A stretch of 64,000 nucleotides of DNA from Bacteroidales bacterium. Its GTDB lineage: Bacteria > Bacteroidota > Bacteroidia > Bacteroidales > GCA-2748055. Shown here piece after piece: positions 1 through 9,884 of this stretch (position 1 is the first letter of the stretch; the number at the start of each line of letters is the position of its first letter). Location of the stretch: positions 17,718-81,717 of the forward strand of contig JBBQAQ010000012.1 in NCBI GenBank assembly GCA_038316435.1, given 5' to 3'. The position numbers and the translations under genes are program-made. The notes beneath the pieces were generated by a model, which was not told the origin of the DNA, searched no databases, and saw nothing but the letters and a program-made list of their open reading frames with translations.

Positions 1-82
1 AATCTGATGCAATTATGAAGTAATGTGCTTGTATACAATATCTTTCATAGTTTCAGATATTAAAGGGTTAACTAATTTTTAT

Positions 83-120
83 AAAAATAATCCTTTCTGG
101 CACTTCATCACCAGGAAGGA
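83..120 (-). terminator. Probable intrinsic terminator of the hybrid kinase gene
   Basis: 10-bp stem with one mismatch (91-100/111-120), followed on the minus strand by TTATTTTT. Confidence 0.5.
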
Positions 121-210
121 TAAGTTATTCGGAAAAGAAAAACTTTCAATCTGGGAGGTTTATATGGGTGATATCCAGATAGTGGAATAAGTAGAAAGAT
201 TTCCTGATAT

Positions 211-1776
211 TTATTTCAATTTAAGATTTTTATAAATAATCGAAATAAGGTCTTCTTGTGAAAAAGGTTTATTTAGAAAATCATTACACCCACTTTCAAA
301 TGCTTTATCTCTGTCTGCAATATAGGCTGTTTGCGCTATAATTGGCAGATCCGGAAGAAATTCTCGGATTTTCTCAGTGGCTGAATATCCATCCAGAACT
401 GGCATTTTCATATCCATTAAAATAAGATCAATGTTTTGATGGGATCTGCATTTAGAAATTGCTTCTTCACCATTAATTGCATGAATTAGGTTGATATCCA
501 GATTTTTCAGGAATAAAGAAATTATTAAAAAATTATTTTCGTTATCCTCAGTTACAAGGATGGTTTTCCCTTTAAGCAAAGTATTGTTTCCAATTTCTGA
601 GGCCTTGGATTCCTGAATTGAAGTCTGTATTATTGGAATATAAGGAAGAGAAAAATAAAACACAGATCCTTTTCCCGGCTCAGATGTCAGCCATATTTTG
701 CCATCAAGAAGTTCGCAGTATGCTTTGCTTATTGATAAGCCAAGCCCCGTTCCTCCATAAAGGTCTGAAACCCCATTGTCAACCTGATAGAAGTTATTAA
801 ATATTTTTGTATGCTGGTTAATTGGGATTCCAATACCGTTATCCGCAACAAAAAATTCAATTGAAGAACTATGTAATTTATATCCAAAGTCAACCTGGCC
901 TTTTTTAGTAAATTTCAGAGCATTATTTAACAGATTAGAAAAGATTTGAATAAACTTGACTTTATCTGTTTGAAAAATAATTTCCTCTTCAGGAACGCTA
1001 TTAATATTTCTAAGAGAGATACCCTTTTCTTTAGCATCTTCTGAAAACTGATTATACAGATTGGAAAGAGTTGCATTAAGATTAACTGAAATAATGTTAA
1101 GCTTTGTTGTATTTGATTCAATACTTGCGATATCAACGATATCTTTAATAATTGAAAGCAATTGCTTTCCACTTTTACGGATAACTTCAATGAACATCAT
1201 TTGAGACTCCTTTGGCCTGTCGGGTTCCGCAAGAAGTGATGAAAACCCAAGAATAGCGTTCATCGGTGTGCGGATTTCATGAGAAATGTTATGAAGAAAT
1301 GATGTTTTCAACCTGTCGCTTTCTTCGGCCCTTTCTTTGGCTGCAATTAGCTCTTTTTCAGCCTGTTTACGATGAGTGATATCTTTAGCTACCTGAAGTG
1401 CCCGATTAATTGCATAGGGAAGTTTACCAGGTTTGTCTTTTAATATGTAATCAACCGCTCCCAGTTTTATAAGATCAATAGCAGTCTCTTCACCAATAGC
1501 ACCTGAAAAGCAAATAAAAGGAATCTCCGGACATATTTCGATGGCACTTTTTAATGCTTCAAATGCGTTGTACCCGGGTAGGCTAAAATCTGCTAAAATG
1601 ACAGAATAGTTTTTACTGTTTAGTGCCTTTTTGTAATCTGATTCATTTTCAACACGATCCATTTTAATATTATATCCGGCATTAGTCAATAAATGATGAA
1701 TGATTTCGAAGTCATTAATAGAATCTTCCAAGGACAAAATGCTTAAAACCTGATTGGGTAGAGTTTTCTGATCCAT
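211..1776 (-). CDS. Cytoplasmic hybrid histidine kinase/response regulator (REC-HisKA-HATPase-REC)
   Basis: N-terminal REC (LED...ADFSLP...YILK), H-box SHEIRTPMN, N-box NLLNNALKFT, G boxes DNGIGI and GTGLGL, C-terminal REC (EDN...MDMKMP...KP). Confidence 0.93.
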   Translation of the reverse strand: MDQKTLPNQVLSILSLEDSINDFEIIHHLLTNAGYNIKMDRVENESDYKKALNSKNYSVILADFSLPGYNAFEALKSAIEICPEIPFICFSGAIGEETAIDLIKLGAVDYILKDKPGKLPYAINRALQVAKDITHRKQAEKELIAAKERAEESDRLKTSFLHNISHEIRTPMNAILGFSSLLAEPDRPKESQMMFIEVIRKSGKQLLSIIKDIVDIASIESNTTKLNIISVNLNATLSNLYNQFSEDAKEKGISLRNINSVPEEEIIFQTDKVKFIQIFSNLLNNALKFTKKGQVDFGYKLHSSSIEFFVADNGIGIPINQHTKIFNNFYQVDNGVSDLYGGTGLGLSISKAYCELLDGKIWLTSEPGKGSVFYFSLPYIPIIQTSIQESKASEIGNNTLLKGKTILVTEDNENNFLIISLFLKNLDINLIHAINGEEAISKCRSHQNIDLILMDMKMPVLDGYSATEKIREFLPDLPIIAQTAYIADRDKAFESGCNDFLNKPFSQEDLISIIYKNLKLK

Positions 1777-2419
1777 TTTGATTTTTATATAGTGTTAATA
1801 ATGACTAAATTTTTCCTTATATACAAAAGCAGTGAGAGCACTAAACTAAGTAATAAAAAAAGACCCTTACATGGCCAATTTGAAAATTTACGTCTGATAG
1901 ACTTACCCTATGCATTCCTATGGTCTATTAAAAGCATAAGGCTTAAGATGGTCAAAACAGAAACAGACAGAGTTTTTTATTTGTCTGGATGGTTGTCGTT
2001 TAAGAGCTTGTCAAAAACAATTTTTTACTATAAATCAACACTTCCTGAATTATCAGGATTTTAATGAGAAAAGTTTAAACCAACCTCAAAAAGAAATTCC
2101 AGTGGTATGGTTTAACATAGAAAATACTTAATATTTTAAAAAAGGCCTTGACTTATCGGTTAAAAAACTGTGCAATCCTATTTTATTGATTTTTTTGAAC
2201 CAAATACAACTTACTCAAAAAGTCATGAATCTTAATATATTAATAAAAATGAGCCGCTTTTGTAAAAATAGTCTTTACTTGTATTAAAAGCAACATATTT
2301 TTAAGCTGAAAGGCCTTTAAATTGACACCTATTCGATCTAACACTATTTTAAAACAGTGATCGCAATGTGAAAAATAAAATTCTCCTTGTTAGGTTTTCC
2401 TAATATTTCGAAATGGTTA

Positions 2420-3739
2420 TTATTTGCACAATTTACTAATTGCATCCACAGCATCCGTATCTCCTAAATCTGCAGCTTTTTTTAAATCCAGGCATCCATT
2501 GTCGGCCTGTCCCAGCTTATTTTTTGCCACACCTCTGTTGTACCAGGCTGCTGCATATTTTGGCAAATACCCGATAGCTTTTGTAAAATCATCGATTGCA
2601 TTTTTGTAATCCATCAGATTTAGCTTTGCCGTTCCTCTGTTGTAATAAGCTAGGGCAAAAGAAGGATCAATTTCAATCGCTTTATTAAAATCCGTTAAAG
2701 CTCCTTTATTGTCTTTGATGCTAACCTTAGCATTTCCCCTGTAATAATATGCATCCGGATTTTCAGGGTCGTACTCCAGGGATTTTGTATAATCGGCAAT
2801 TGCTCCTTTGAAATCTTCAGATTGCGCCCTTGATATTCCCCTATTGACATAGGCAATGGTATACTCCGGGTTAATTTCAATGGCTTTGGTGAAATCATCA
2901 ATGGCGCCTTTATTATCTTTAAAACCGGCTCTGGTATTTCCCCTGTTGCAATAAGCTTCAGCAAATTGCGGATTAATCTCAATGGCTTTGTTGTAATCGG
3001 CAAGTGCACCAACTGAGTCCTGAAGAAAAGATTTAGAATCGCCCCTGTTTTTATAAGCTTCAGCAAATCCGGGATTTATTCCAATGGCTTTTGAAAAGTC
3101 GGCCATAGCTCCTTTATCGTCCTGTTGGTTAACTTTTGCTACTCCCCGGTTATAAAATGCAAGTGAATTAGAGGGATTAATTTCTATGGCTTTTGAAAAA
3201 TCCTCAATTGCCCCAATATCGTCAAGTTGGTAAGTTTTAGCAACTCCCCTGTTATAATATGCCAATTCGTAAAAGGGATTCATCTCAATAGCCTTGGAAA
3301 AGTCAGCCATAGCTCCTTTGTCATCCTGAAGGCCAAGCTTTAAAACTCCCCTATAAAAATATGCTTCAGCGTAGGCGGGGTTAATTTCGATAGCTTTGGT
3401 GTAATCGGCTATTGCTTCTGTTGTATTTCCAAGCTTGACCTTTGCATTTGCCCGATAGCAGAATGCCTCAGCAAAATCGGGTTTTACTTCAGTGGCTTTT
3501 GAAAAATCAGAAATTGCTGCTGCGAAATCACGAAGCTCAAGGTATGCGCTTCCTCTGTTTACATAAGCATTTGAATACTTTGGGTCAAGCTCAATGGCTT
3601 TGGTATAATCTGCAATTGCTCCCGCAAAATCATTTTTATTGTAATTGGCAATGCCTTTGTCGTTAAGCGCTTTGGCCGTTTGGCTGTAGGTTTCACTAAT
3701 AAAGAGAAAACTAAGAAGAATCAGAATACTTGCTTTCAT
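2420..3739 (-). CDS. Exported tetratricopeptide-repeat protein (12 TPRs)
   Basis: Signal peptide followed by twelve 34-aa repeats of consensus AYxNRG...AIxDFxKAIEINP. Confidence 0.93.
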   Translation of the reverse strand: MKASILILLSFLFISETYSQTAKALNDKGIANYNKNDFAGAIADYTKAIELDPKYSNAYVNRGSAYLELRDFAAAISDFSKATEVKPDFAEAFCYRANAKVKLGNTTEAIADYTKAIEINPAYAEAYFYRGVLKLGLQDDKGAMADFSKAIEMNPFYELAYYNRGVAKTYQLDDIGAIEDFSKAIEINPSNSLAFYNRGVAKVNQQDDKGAMADFSKAIGINPGFAEAYKNRGDSKSFLQDSVGALADYNKAIEINPQFAEAYCNRGNTRAGFKDNKGAIDDFTKAIEINPEYTIAYVNRGISRAQSEDFKGAIADYTKSLEYDPENPDAYYYRGNAKVSIKDNKGALTDFNKAIEIDPSFALAYYNRGTAKLNLMDYKNAIDDFTKAIGYLPKYAAAWYNRGVAKNKLGQADNGCLDLKKAADLGDTDAVDAISKLCK

Positions 3740-3769
3740 TGAGATTTATTTAGGTGGATTATAGTCTGC

Positions 3770-4269
3770 TTATATTTTGATCAGTTTGATTAAAAAAACA
3801 TCATTTTCACGAATATCCAAATCCTTAGAAAATGTGCTGCCTGATTTTATTTTTACTATTTCAGATGTAACCAGAGAACCGTCATTGATTTTTTTGATTT
3901 GCTCAACCTGAAGTTTTGTCAATTGTTTTGGTTTTCCCAGATCGAGATAGGTTGTGTACGCATCATTTGGCCGATACCCAACCTTATAAATTTCCATCGA
4001 ATAGGTACCTTCCTGAATTCCCGGTAAATTAATTTTAACTTTCCCTTTAGGCTTTGCAGGCAAATCCCCGACATAATCGGAGCGGCAACTTGCATGCATG
4101 GGTATGTTGCTCTTGCAGGTTTTGGAATAACCCGAATCAGGAACCAGGCAGTAGCAAGAAGGGAAATAATAATGAAGGTTATTCTTGCTGGAACTTTTGT
4201 TTTCTTTAGGAAAAGCGAAATTCTTTTCACCCATGCGGGAAGTGTCTGGAGTCTTTCGTCTGAAATCAT
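3770..4269 (-). pseudogene. Out-of-frame chimera: 5' end of a DUF362-type gene joined to the 3' end of a GH39-like beta-xylosidase gene
   Basis: Frame from 4269 gives WFLIRVIPKPARATYPCMQVAAPIMSG; a different frame from ~4067 gives DLPAKPKGKV...YKVGYRPNDAY...DIRENDVFLIKL; families recognised from memory. Confidence 0.6.
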
Positions 4270-4290
4270 TTTAAATTATGGTGTCTAAAA

Positions 4291-5271
4291 TTATTTATCT
4301 CTATCCTTAATGCATCTCACAAACAGCCCTGATCCTTTTGCGTTTGGCTCTTCAACAACTTTGGTATTGCCAAACTTCAGAATTTCGGTCCAGACTTTGG
4401 TCGTATTGCTTGTTAACTCGGTAGCACTCCACATATAACAATAGTATCCAAAAGAGCCAAAGGTTCCGTCGGCGTCATTTCTGAAACTACCAGAGATTGC
4501 GGTAAATCCATCATAGTTATCTGCTCCAATATTCGGGCTCTCCCAATGCTTTGTTCCGGCTTCTTTTAAGGTCCCTCCGGCTAATGCAAGTTTTCCTGAA
4601 TATTCGATAAGCATGCTCCAATCGTCACTATCAGGCACGTGCCATCCCTCAGGACAAAGTTTACCAGTATTTACTGCATACCAGTTATACAATGCGCCAT
4701 AGGTTTCAAGACTCAGGTTTTCATCTCTGTTCATCCAGCAATAGGCCGGAGTAGTGAGGCCAGCCCATTCAGCATCAGTATCAGCAAATGGAATATCGGT
4801 AGTATCTTTATACTTTGATGTTTTAAGATTTTCAACCATCCAAACCTGCGAGCCTATTGTGACAATGTGGTAAACATTGCCATCAGCATCTGTTAATGCA
4901 CCGGTTGTAAATATCACTAACTCACCATAAGCAGTCCCAAAGCTATTGGTGGCATAAGCCCGAAGTTTATATTTTGTATTTAAAGGGAGGTTTGTAAGAG
5001 TACTTGTAAATATCCCTGTACCAGTCCCATCGGTAGTTTTCTCATCTTCAACTGTAGGAATATGGTTCGTACTCCAGCATACACCCCGCGCTGAAACCTC
5101 TGCTCCACCTTCTTTTCGTACAGTTCCACCAGAAACGGCAGTTGTAAGTGAATCTTCGGTTATTGCGGTGGTTGTAACTACGGGTATAGTGCCGGGATCA
5201 TTTTTACAACTTACAAGCAATGCAATACTTATTCCAAGAATAACAAATTTGGGAAAACGGAGTATGCTCAT
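4291..5271 (-). CDS. Lipoprotein with fibronectin-like domain and FISUMP (Fibrobacter succinogenes major paralogous) domain
   Basis: Lipobox LVSC; RGVCWS...YxLRAYATN; IGSQVWMVENL, YGALYNWYAV, LCPEGWHVP, GLFVRCIKD. Confidence 0.9.
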   Translation of the reverse strand: MSILRFPKFVILGISIALLVSCKNDPGTIPVVTTTAITEDSLTTAVSGGTVRKEGGAEVSARGVCWSTNHIPTVEDEKTTDGTGTGIFTSTLTNLPLNTKYKLRAYATNSFGTAYGELVIFTTGALTDADGNVYHIVTIGSQVWMVENLKTSKYKDTTDIPFADTDAEWAGLTTPAYCWMNRDENLSLETYGALYNWYAVNTGKLCPEGWHVPDSDDWSMLIEYSGKLALAGGTLKEAGTKHWESPNIGADNYDGFTAISGSFRNDADGTFGSFGYYCYMWSATELTSNTTKVWTEILKFGNTKVVEEPNAKGSGLFVRCIKDRDK

Positions 5272-5316
5272 TTTTCAAATCTTTGATTTAATTAACTTGC
5301 CGAAAATCAGCATATA

Positions 5317-6024
5317 TTATTTCGCTAAAACCGTATAGGTATTAGGTTTCAGCTTCATCAGAAATGGTAAGCTTTTCCAAAGTATTCGCTTAAGTAAAAC
5401 AGCAAATTTAGCAATTGAAAAGCTCTTCATCTGAAATTCAATAACTTCTTTTTTATAAAGTGCAGATTTACTATTCAATATTTCAAATCCCATGGTATAA
5501 AGTAGGAAATTAAACAGAGCCGGGGTATAAATATTAATATGCCCATAAGAGTTATAATGCTTAAACTTCTTATCCACTTTAAAAGAAAAATCAATAGGAA
5601 CCTCAAAAATCTGGTTTCTGGATATCCTTTTTATTTCACCCATTAATTGTCTGGGATGCTCCACATGTTCGATTACATGGGAACAAATTGCAAGATCGAA
5701 CTGTTTATTGGCAAAGGGGAGATTGTATCCATCGAATTGCCTGATTTCGACCAATCCCTTTATAGTTTTTTGCGACATTTGCTTTATGGCACTGTCGGAT
5801 ATTTCCACAGCGGTGTATTCCTCGCAAAAATTACCTTCACTTAATAACGAAAGGATGTTACCGTCACCCGCGCCAATATCCACAAGATTTTTAAAATGCA
5901 ATCCCCTGGAAATATCAAAAATATTCTCCACTTTGCCCACTGCGCCTATTCTGCGCCATTCTTCGGTTTTATCAGAATAATGGGAATCGTATTTTTCTTT
6001 AAGATCTTTATTAACGGTAATCAT
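5317..6024 (-). CDS. Class I SAM-dependent methyltransferase
   Basis: VDIGAGDG motif I; FDLAICSHVIEHVEHP. Confidence 0.88.
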   Translation of the reverse strand: MITVNKDLKEKYDSHYSDKTEEWRRIGAVGKVENIFDISRGLHFKNLVDIGAGDGNILSLLSEGNFCEEYTAVEISDSAIKQMSQKTIKGLVEIRQFDGYNLPFANKQFDLAICSHVIEHVEHPRQLMGEIKRISRNQIFEVPIDFSFKVDKKFKHYNSYGHINIYTPALFNFLLYTMGFEILNSKSALYKKEVIEFQMKSFSIAKFAVLLKRILWKSLPFLMKLKPNTYTVLAK

Positions 6025-6191
6025 GGAATCATATTTGAATGGTAATAGTAAATATTTGATTCCGATTGTCCAAATAAAAAATATGCATTTTTCTATTCAG
6101 GACAGCAGAATAAAGATCCTTTGAGCTATTAATGCAGAATGCAAGAATTGAAATTGAATATTTCTGAGATTACAAATTCTGAATTTTGACT

Positions 6192-6226
6192 AAAAAAAAA
6201 GAGCTTCCTCAACGAGAAAGCTCTTT
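6192..6226 (-). terminator. Intrinsic terminator of the cytochrome-rhodanese operon
   Basis: AAAGAGCTTcCTC-aac-GAGaAAGCTCTTT hairpin with a T-run on the minus strand, 20 nt after the stop. Confidence 0.75.
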
Positions 6227-6245
6227 AAATGAATCAAATGACTGT

Positions 6246-7238
6246 TTAATTTACAAAAGCATATCCCATGATCTGAGTATCACTGAATGTGGTCATTGTT
6301 TTGGAAACCATGATATCGTATATCATTCCATTGCAACCAAAAAGAATTGATTTTGCATCATAACCTAGTAACCTCAGGTATGCAACAAGTGCAGCACTGG
6401 TTTGTCCGGTATAGCAGTAAACTGCAATTGGTTTATTAGTTGGAAGGGTTTTAAGGTCAACAAGTAATTTAATAGACTCTTTAGGTGTGTATTGGATTGC
6501 ACCGGGAATATGTCCTGGATCGGTATATTGTGCTGCAGGCCAGTAGTTAACGATGTAATAACCAGCAAGATTATCAAACACAGTCTGTTTAGTTACTTTT
6601 GCTGGGTCAAAACCTGCTGTAAGAAGTTCTGTAGCTCTGGCTTCCAGAATATCTTGACCGGTGCTAAAACCAGTTGAAAGAACAGGAAGGCTTCCTTGAA
6701 CTCCTTTTTCAGTTGCAGTTGAAACGAATTGTGAAGCATAAGCATTTCCTGAAGCAACGGCAGATTTCCAACCTGAGGCAAATTGCACGTTCCATGAACT
6801 CATACCCCATTTAAGTGAAAATACTTTATCGTAACCCAAAACTCTTAAAATTGTTGTTACATATCCAGCTGTCTGGCCTGAATAGCATACCATGGCAACT
6901 TTAGTGTAAGGAGTCAAGTCTAAAGCTTTGATGTGAGTCAGAACATCCTTAACAGCAACATTATGAGCATTTAGAATATGTCCAGTTGCAAAATCAGCTA
7001 CGGCTCTGATATCAATAATATACACCTGACCGGTTTCATTTAGAGATTTTAAATCAGTTGCAGTCATAATCGCTGGCATATCAGTATTAACATAATCCTT
7101 CATCAGCGGAGATTCTGCTGACTCGAGATATTCAACTAATACCTGAGATTCATTGATAGTTTTTTCATCTTTCTCGCATGAACTTACAAGGAAAGTAAGT
7201 AAAAGAATACTTAAAAAATAATTCCTGAATTTTAACAT
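6246..7238 (-). CDS. Two-domain rhodanese-like sulfurtransferase lipoprotein
   Basis: Lipobox VSSC; two rhodanese domains, each with GHIxxA and an active-site loop (CYSGQTA, CYTGQTS). Confidence 0.9.
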   Translation of the reverse strand: MLKFRNYFLSILLLTFLVSSCEKDEKTINESQVLVEYLESAESPLMKDYVNTDMPAIMTATDLKSLNETGQVYIIDIRAVADFATGHILNAHNVAVKDVLTHIKALDLTPYTKVAMVCYSGQTAGYVTTILRVLGYDKVFSLKWGMSSWNVQFASGWKSAVASGNAYASQFVSTATEKGVQGSLPVLSTGFSTGQDILEARATELLTAGFDPAKVTKQTVFDNLAGYYIVNYWPAAQYTDPGHIPGAIQYTPKESIKLLVDLKTLPTNKPIAVYCYTGQTSAALVAYLRLLGYDAKSILFGCNGMIYDIMVSKTMTTFSDTQIMGYAFVN

Positions 7239-7287
7239 AGTTTTAATTATTTAATTGTTTAACGTATTGGATTTCAAGCTTTTTAAA

Positions 7288-8646
7288 TTAATTCATCCAT
7301 GATGCCGGTAATTTGCCATCTACAGTAATTTTAGTAGTAGCGCTTTTTTCCCATTCGAGTAAATCGGATTCAAACAGATATAGATTCTTATTTATCAACA
7401 GGCCATTCTCATTCCGGATATGGCATTTTGAAGAGCAGGATACTCCTTGTCCGGCATTGGTTCTTTCAGTCCATCTAAGGATATTGTGAGGAGAAGTATA
7501 ATTGTACGTCGGAAATGCATCGAAATTAGCATATTCCTCAACTCCGAATTTACTCCAGTTATCAGGTGCTGCAAGAGTTCTGCGTACTAATGTGAACTTA
7601 AATTCGGTCTTGATGTCAGGTATTGGATTTTGTGCAATTTTAAATCCCAGATAAGAAGGCACCCGTGCTCCTTCACCATGTATATGGCAACTTCCACAAT
7701 TATTGTAATTCTGTGAATGGCAAACCTGACAATTGAAATCATTATAATGCATTGTATGGTAGACGTTTTTCGTTGCAATTTCAGTATGACAGTCTTCACA
7801 TTTTGGTAACTCACTGTAAGCATAGCGTTGTTCTACCGGTTTGCCATCGCCGTGCAATTCCGATCCGCTGTGACAATCCATACATTTATAGCCCATTTTA
7901 GACAGGTGTACATCAGAAACAGTTCCTGAAGCTACTCCTAAATATGCATGCCCACCACGGGAAACATGGCATGTAACACAAACTGAAAGCATATCCGGAG
8001 TTTGTGTGAATTCATGACCTTTTGCAAGTCCCCCGCCTCCGATAGGTGGACGCACAATATGGCAATTTCCACAGGTTCCATGACAAGTTGCACAATTGGA
8101 AGTATACCCTTCAATCTGATGAGCCGGGAGTTTATCAAAATCTGCTGGTCCGCTCAAGCCACTTCTGATAGTAACTTTTCTCTTTTGCCCGGTTCCATTA
8201 TGAATGCTTGTTTTAAAATTTGCAACAATTGTACTGTGACAGGTACCACATTTCTCCTCATAAAACATAGAGGGATGAGAAATAAAATCGCCAGAATGCG
8301 CCAGAGTTTTATCAGAGATGCTATCTTTTCCATTATGACAACCCACACAACCAATTTTATAATGCCCTGTTTTTTTATACGACTCAAATCCTGCTCCCCC
8401 CATATAAACTCTATCATAGGGCTCATAATGAGGAGCTTCGCCGCCACATCCACCAACTGGGGCTGCTGTATCAGGAGAATAAATCCTTTGCAAATGCGCA
8501 TAATCTGTGTGGCAACCTTCACATGAAGCAATTCCTTGAACTTCTGGATCTACTCCCGGTTTATTTTCGTTACAATTGGTAAGGAAGAAAGAAAACGCAA
8601 TCATGCCGATCATAAATACAAAAAAACTCTTCTTTATTAGATTCAT
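7288..8646 (-). CDS. Multiheme c-type cytochrome lipoprotein (10 CxxCH + 1 CxxxCH)
   Basis: Lipobox LTNC; CEGCH, CVGCH, CGTCH, CATCH, CGNCH, CVTCH, CMDCH, CEDCH, CQVCH, CGSCH and CSSKCH. Confidence 0.92.
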   Translation of the reverse strand: MNLIKKSFFVFMIGMIAFSFFLTNCNENKPGVDPEVQGIASCEGCHTDYAHLQRIYSPDTAAPVGGCGGEAPHYEPYDRVYMGGAGFESYKKTGHYKIGCVGCHNGKDSISDKTLAHSGDFISHPSMFYEEKCGTCHSTIVANFKTSIHNGTGQKRKVTIRSGLSGPADFDKLPAHQIEGYTSNCATCHGTCGNCHIVRPPIGGGGLAKGHEFTQTPDMLSVCVTCHVSRGGHAYLGVASGTVSDVHLSKMGYKCMDCHSGSELHGDGKPVEQRYAYSELPKCEDCHTEIATKNVYHTMHYNDFNCQVCHSQNYNNCGSCHIHGEGARVPSYLGFKIAQNPIPDIKTEFKFTLVRRTLAAPDNWSKFGVEEYANFDAFPTYNYTSPHNILRWTERTNAGQGVSCSSKCHIRNENGLLINKNLYLFESDLLEWEKSATTKITVDGKLPASWMN

Positions 8647-8843
8647 ACTTTAAGGATTTTATTTGGTCGGATTTTCGAAGTAAACGATTTTATATATCGA
8701 TTTATATAGCTAGATTACAGCGAATTACAAAAAGTAAAACTTGTGATGCTATTTATGTAAAGATTAAGTATCAAATGATATAATCCAAAGAACTTCATCT
8801 GATTTGAATACGTAATCACTTAGTTACAGAACAGAATAAAATA

Positions 8844-8855
8844 TGATCTACATCA
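8844..8855. promoter_or_regulatory. FNR-like operator core TGAT-N4-ATCA
   Basis: TGATctacATCA in the divergent intergenic region next to a Crp/Fnr gene. Confidence 0.55.
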
Positions 8856-8879
8856 GCATTTCTTATGATTCAATTTGCA

Positions 8880-8887
8880 TATATTTG
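8880..8887 (+). promoter_or_regulatory. Bacteroidota -7 promoter element (TAnnTTTG) of the Crp/Fnr gene
   Basis: TATATTTG 20 nt upstream of the ATG. Confidence 0.65.
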
Positions 8888-8907
8888 AGGGATAAAGAAA
8901 AACTCAA

Positions 8908-9606
8908 ATGAGCAATAATAGTCTCCCATTCACTGCTTGCACAATTAACATCAAACATTGTAAATGTTTTGAAAAGCTGAATCCAGCGGAAAAGGAGCTA
9001 TTAGAAGCCAATTCTGTTGAGATTAAATATAAAAAAGGCGAAATCATCTGTAAACAGGGAGCGTTCGCTCCTAACATTATGATGATGGTTTCCGGTTTGG
9101 CGAAAGTATTTATGGAGACCGGAACTAAATCGTTGGTTCTAAAAATTATTCCTGATGGTAATTTTATAGGAATGGCATCAGTTGCTGAAAGTCAAAATAC
9201 ATATTTTTATTCTGCAATGACTTATGTAGATTCTGTAGTTCGGCAAATTGATCTTGTTACATTTAAGCAATTACTGAGTCAGAATTCAGCTTTTGCAAAA
9301 GAAGTAATTGATATTTTAACATCTAATAGTTTACAGATTTACGGCCGTTTCTTTTGTATAACTCAAAAGCAAGCTTTCGGTAGGTTAGCTGACATTATCC
9401 TATGTTTGTCTGACCGGGTTTTTAAGCACAGTGAATTTAATCTTCCACTTTCCAGAAAGGATCTTGCTGATCTAACCTGCATGAGTCCGGAAACTGTAAT
9501 CCGTATCCTAAATAAATTCGCTTCAGAAGGGCTGATTAAAATGGATGGGAAAAAGTTTAGTGTAGTTAATTTTGAGCAACTTAGGCAAATAAGTGAAAAA
9601 GGTTAG
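8908..9606 (+). CDS. Crp/Fnr-family transcriptional regulator with Cys-rich N-terminus
   Basis: cNMP-like domain (YKKGEIICKQG...GLAKV), HTH SRKDLADLTCMSPETVIR, N-terminal CTINIKHCKC. Confidence 0.92.
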   Translation: MSNNSLPFTACTINIKHCKCFEKLNPAEKELLEANSVEIKYKKGEIICKQGAFAPNIMMMVSGLAKVFMETGTKSLVLKIIPDGNFIGMASVAESQNTYFYSAMTYVDSVVRQIDLVTFKQLLSQNSAFAKEVIDILTSNSLQIYGRFFCITQKQAFGRLADIILCLSDRVFKHSEFNLPLSRKDLADLTCMSPETVIRILNKFASEGLIKMDGKKFSVVNFEQLRQISEKG

Positions 9607-9884
9607 AAACTTTTGGCCAAATTATCTGACATTTTTATAATCCGGCAAATGATTTTTTGACGTTACAGAAGTCTTTCAATTCAAATTTTAAAACTGACTT
9701 TAGGATTTCCTTATTTAAAATATTTGTATCCTAAAGAATATCAATTGGTTAAACAAGTCAGGCTCTTGCTATTTTATTCTTTGCAAATCAATTATTACAT
9801 TTACACAATTATCCTCCGGGCTTTCTGATATGCCAGGCAAAAAAAATAGATATCAGAATTATTTCTAACCCATAAATTTTTCTC

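Noticed and set aside
1792..2064. 90-aa ORF in AT-rich intergenic DNA
   Set aside because: No recognisable motif; likely spurious
2420..3739. 102-bp periodic DNA repeats
   Set aside because: Fully explained by TPR coding repeats
8002..8526. 174-aa antisense ORF (likewise 15683-16252, 50883-51371, 60085-60501 and others)
   Set aside because: Shadow frames of well-supported genes
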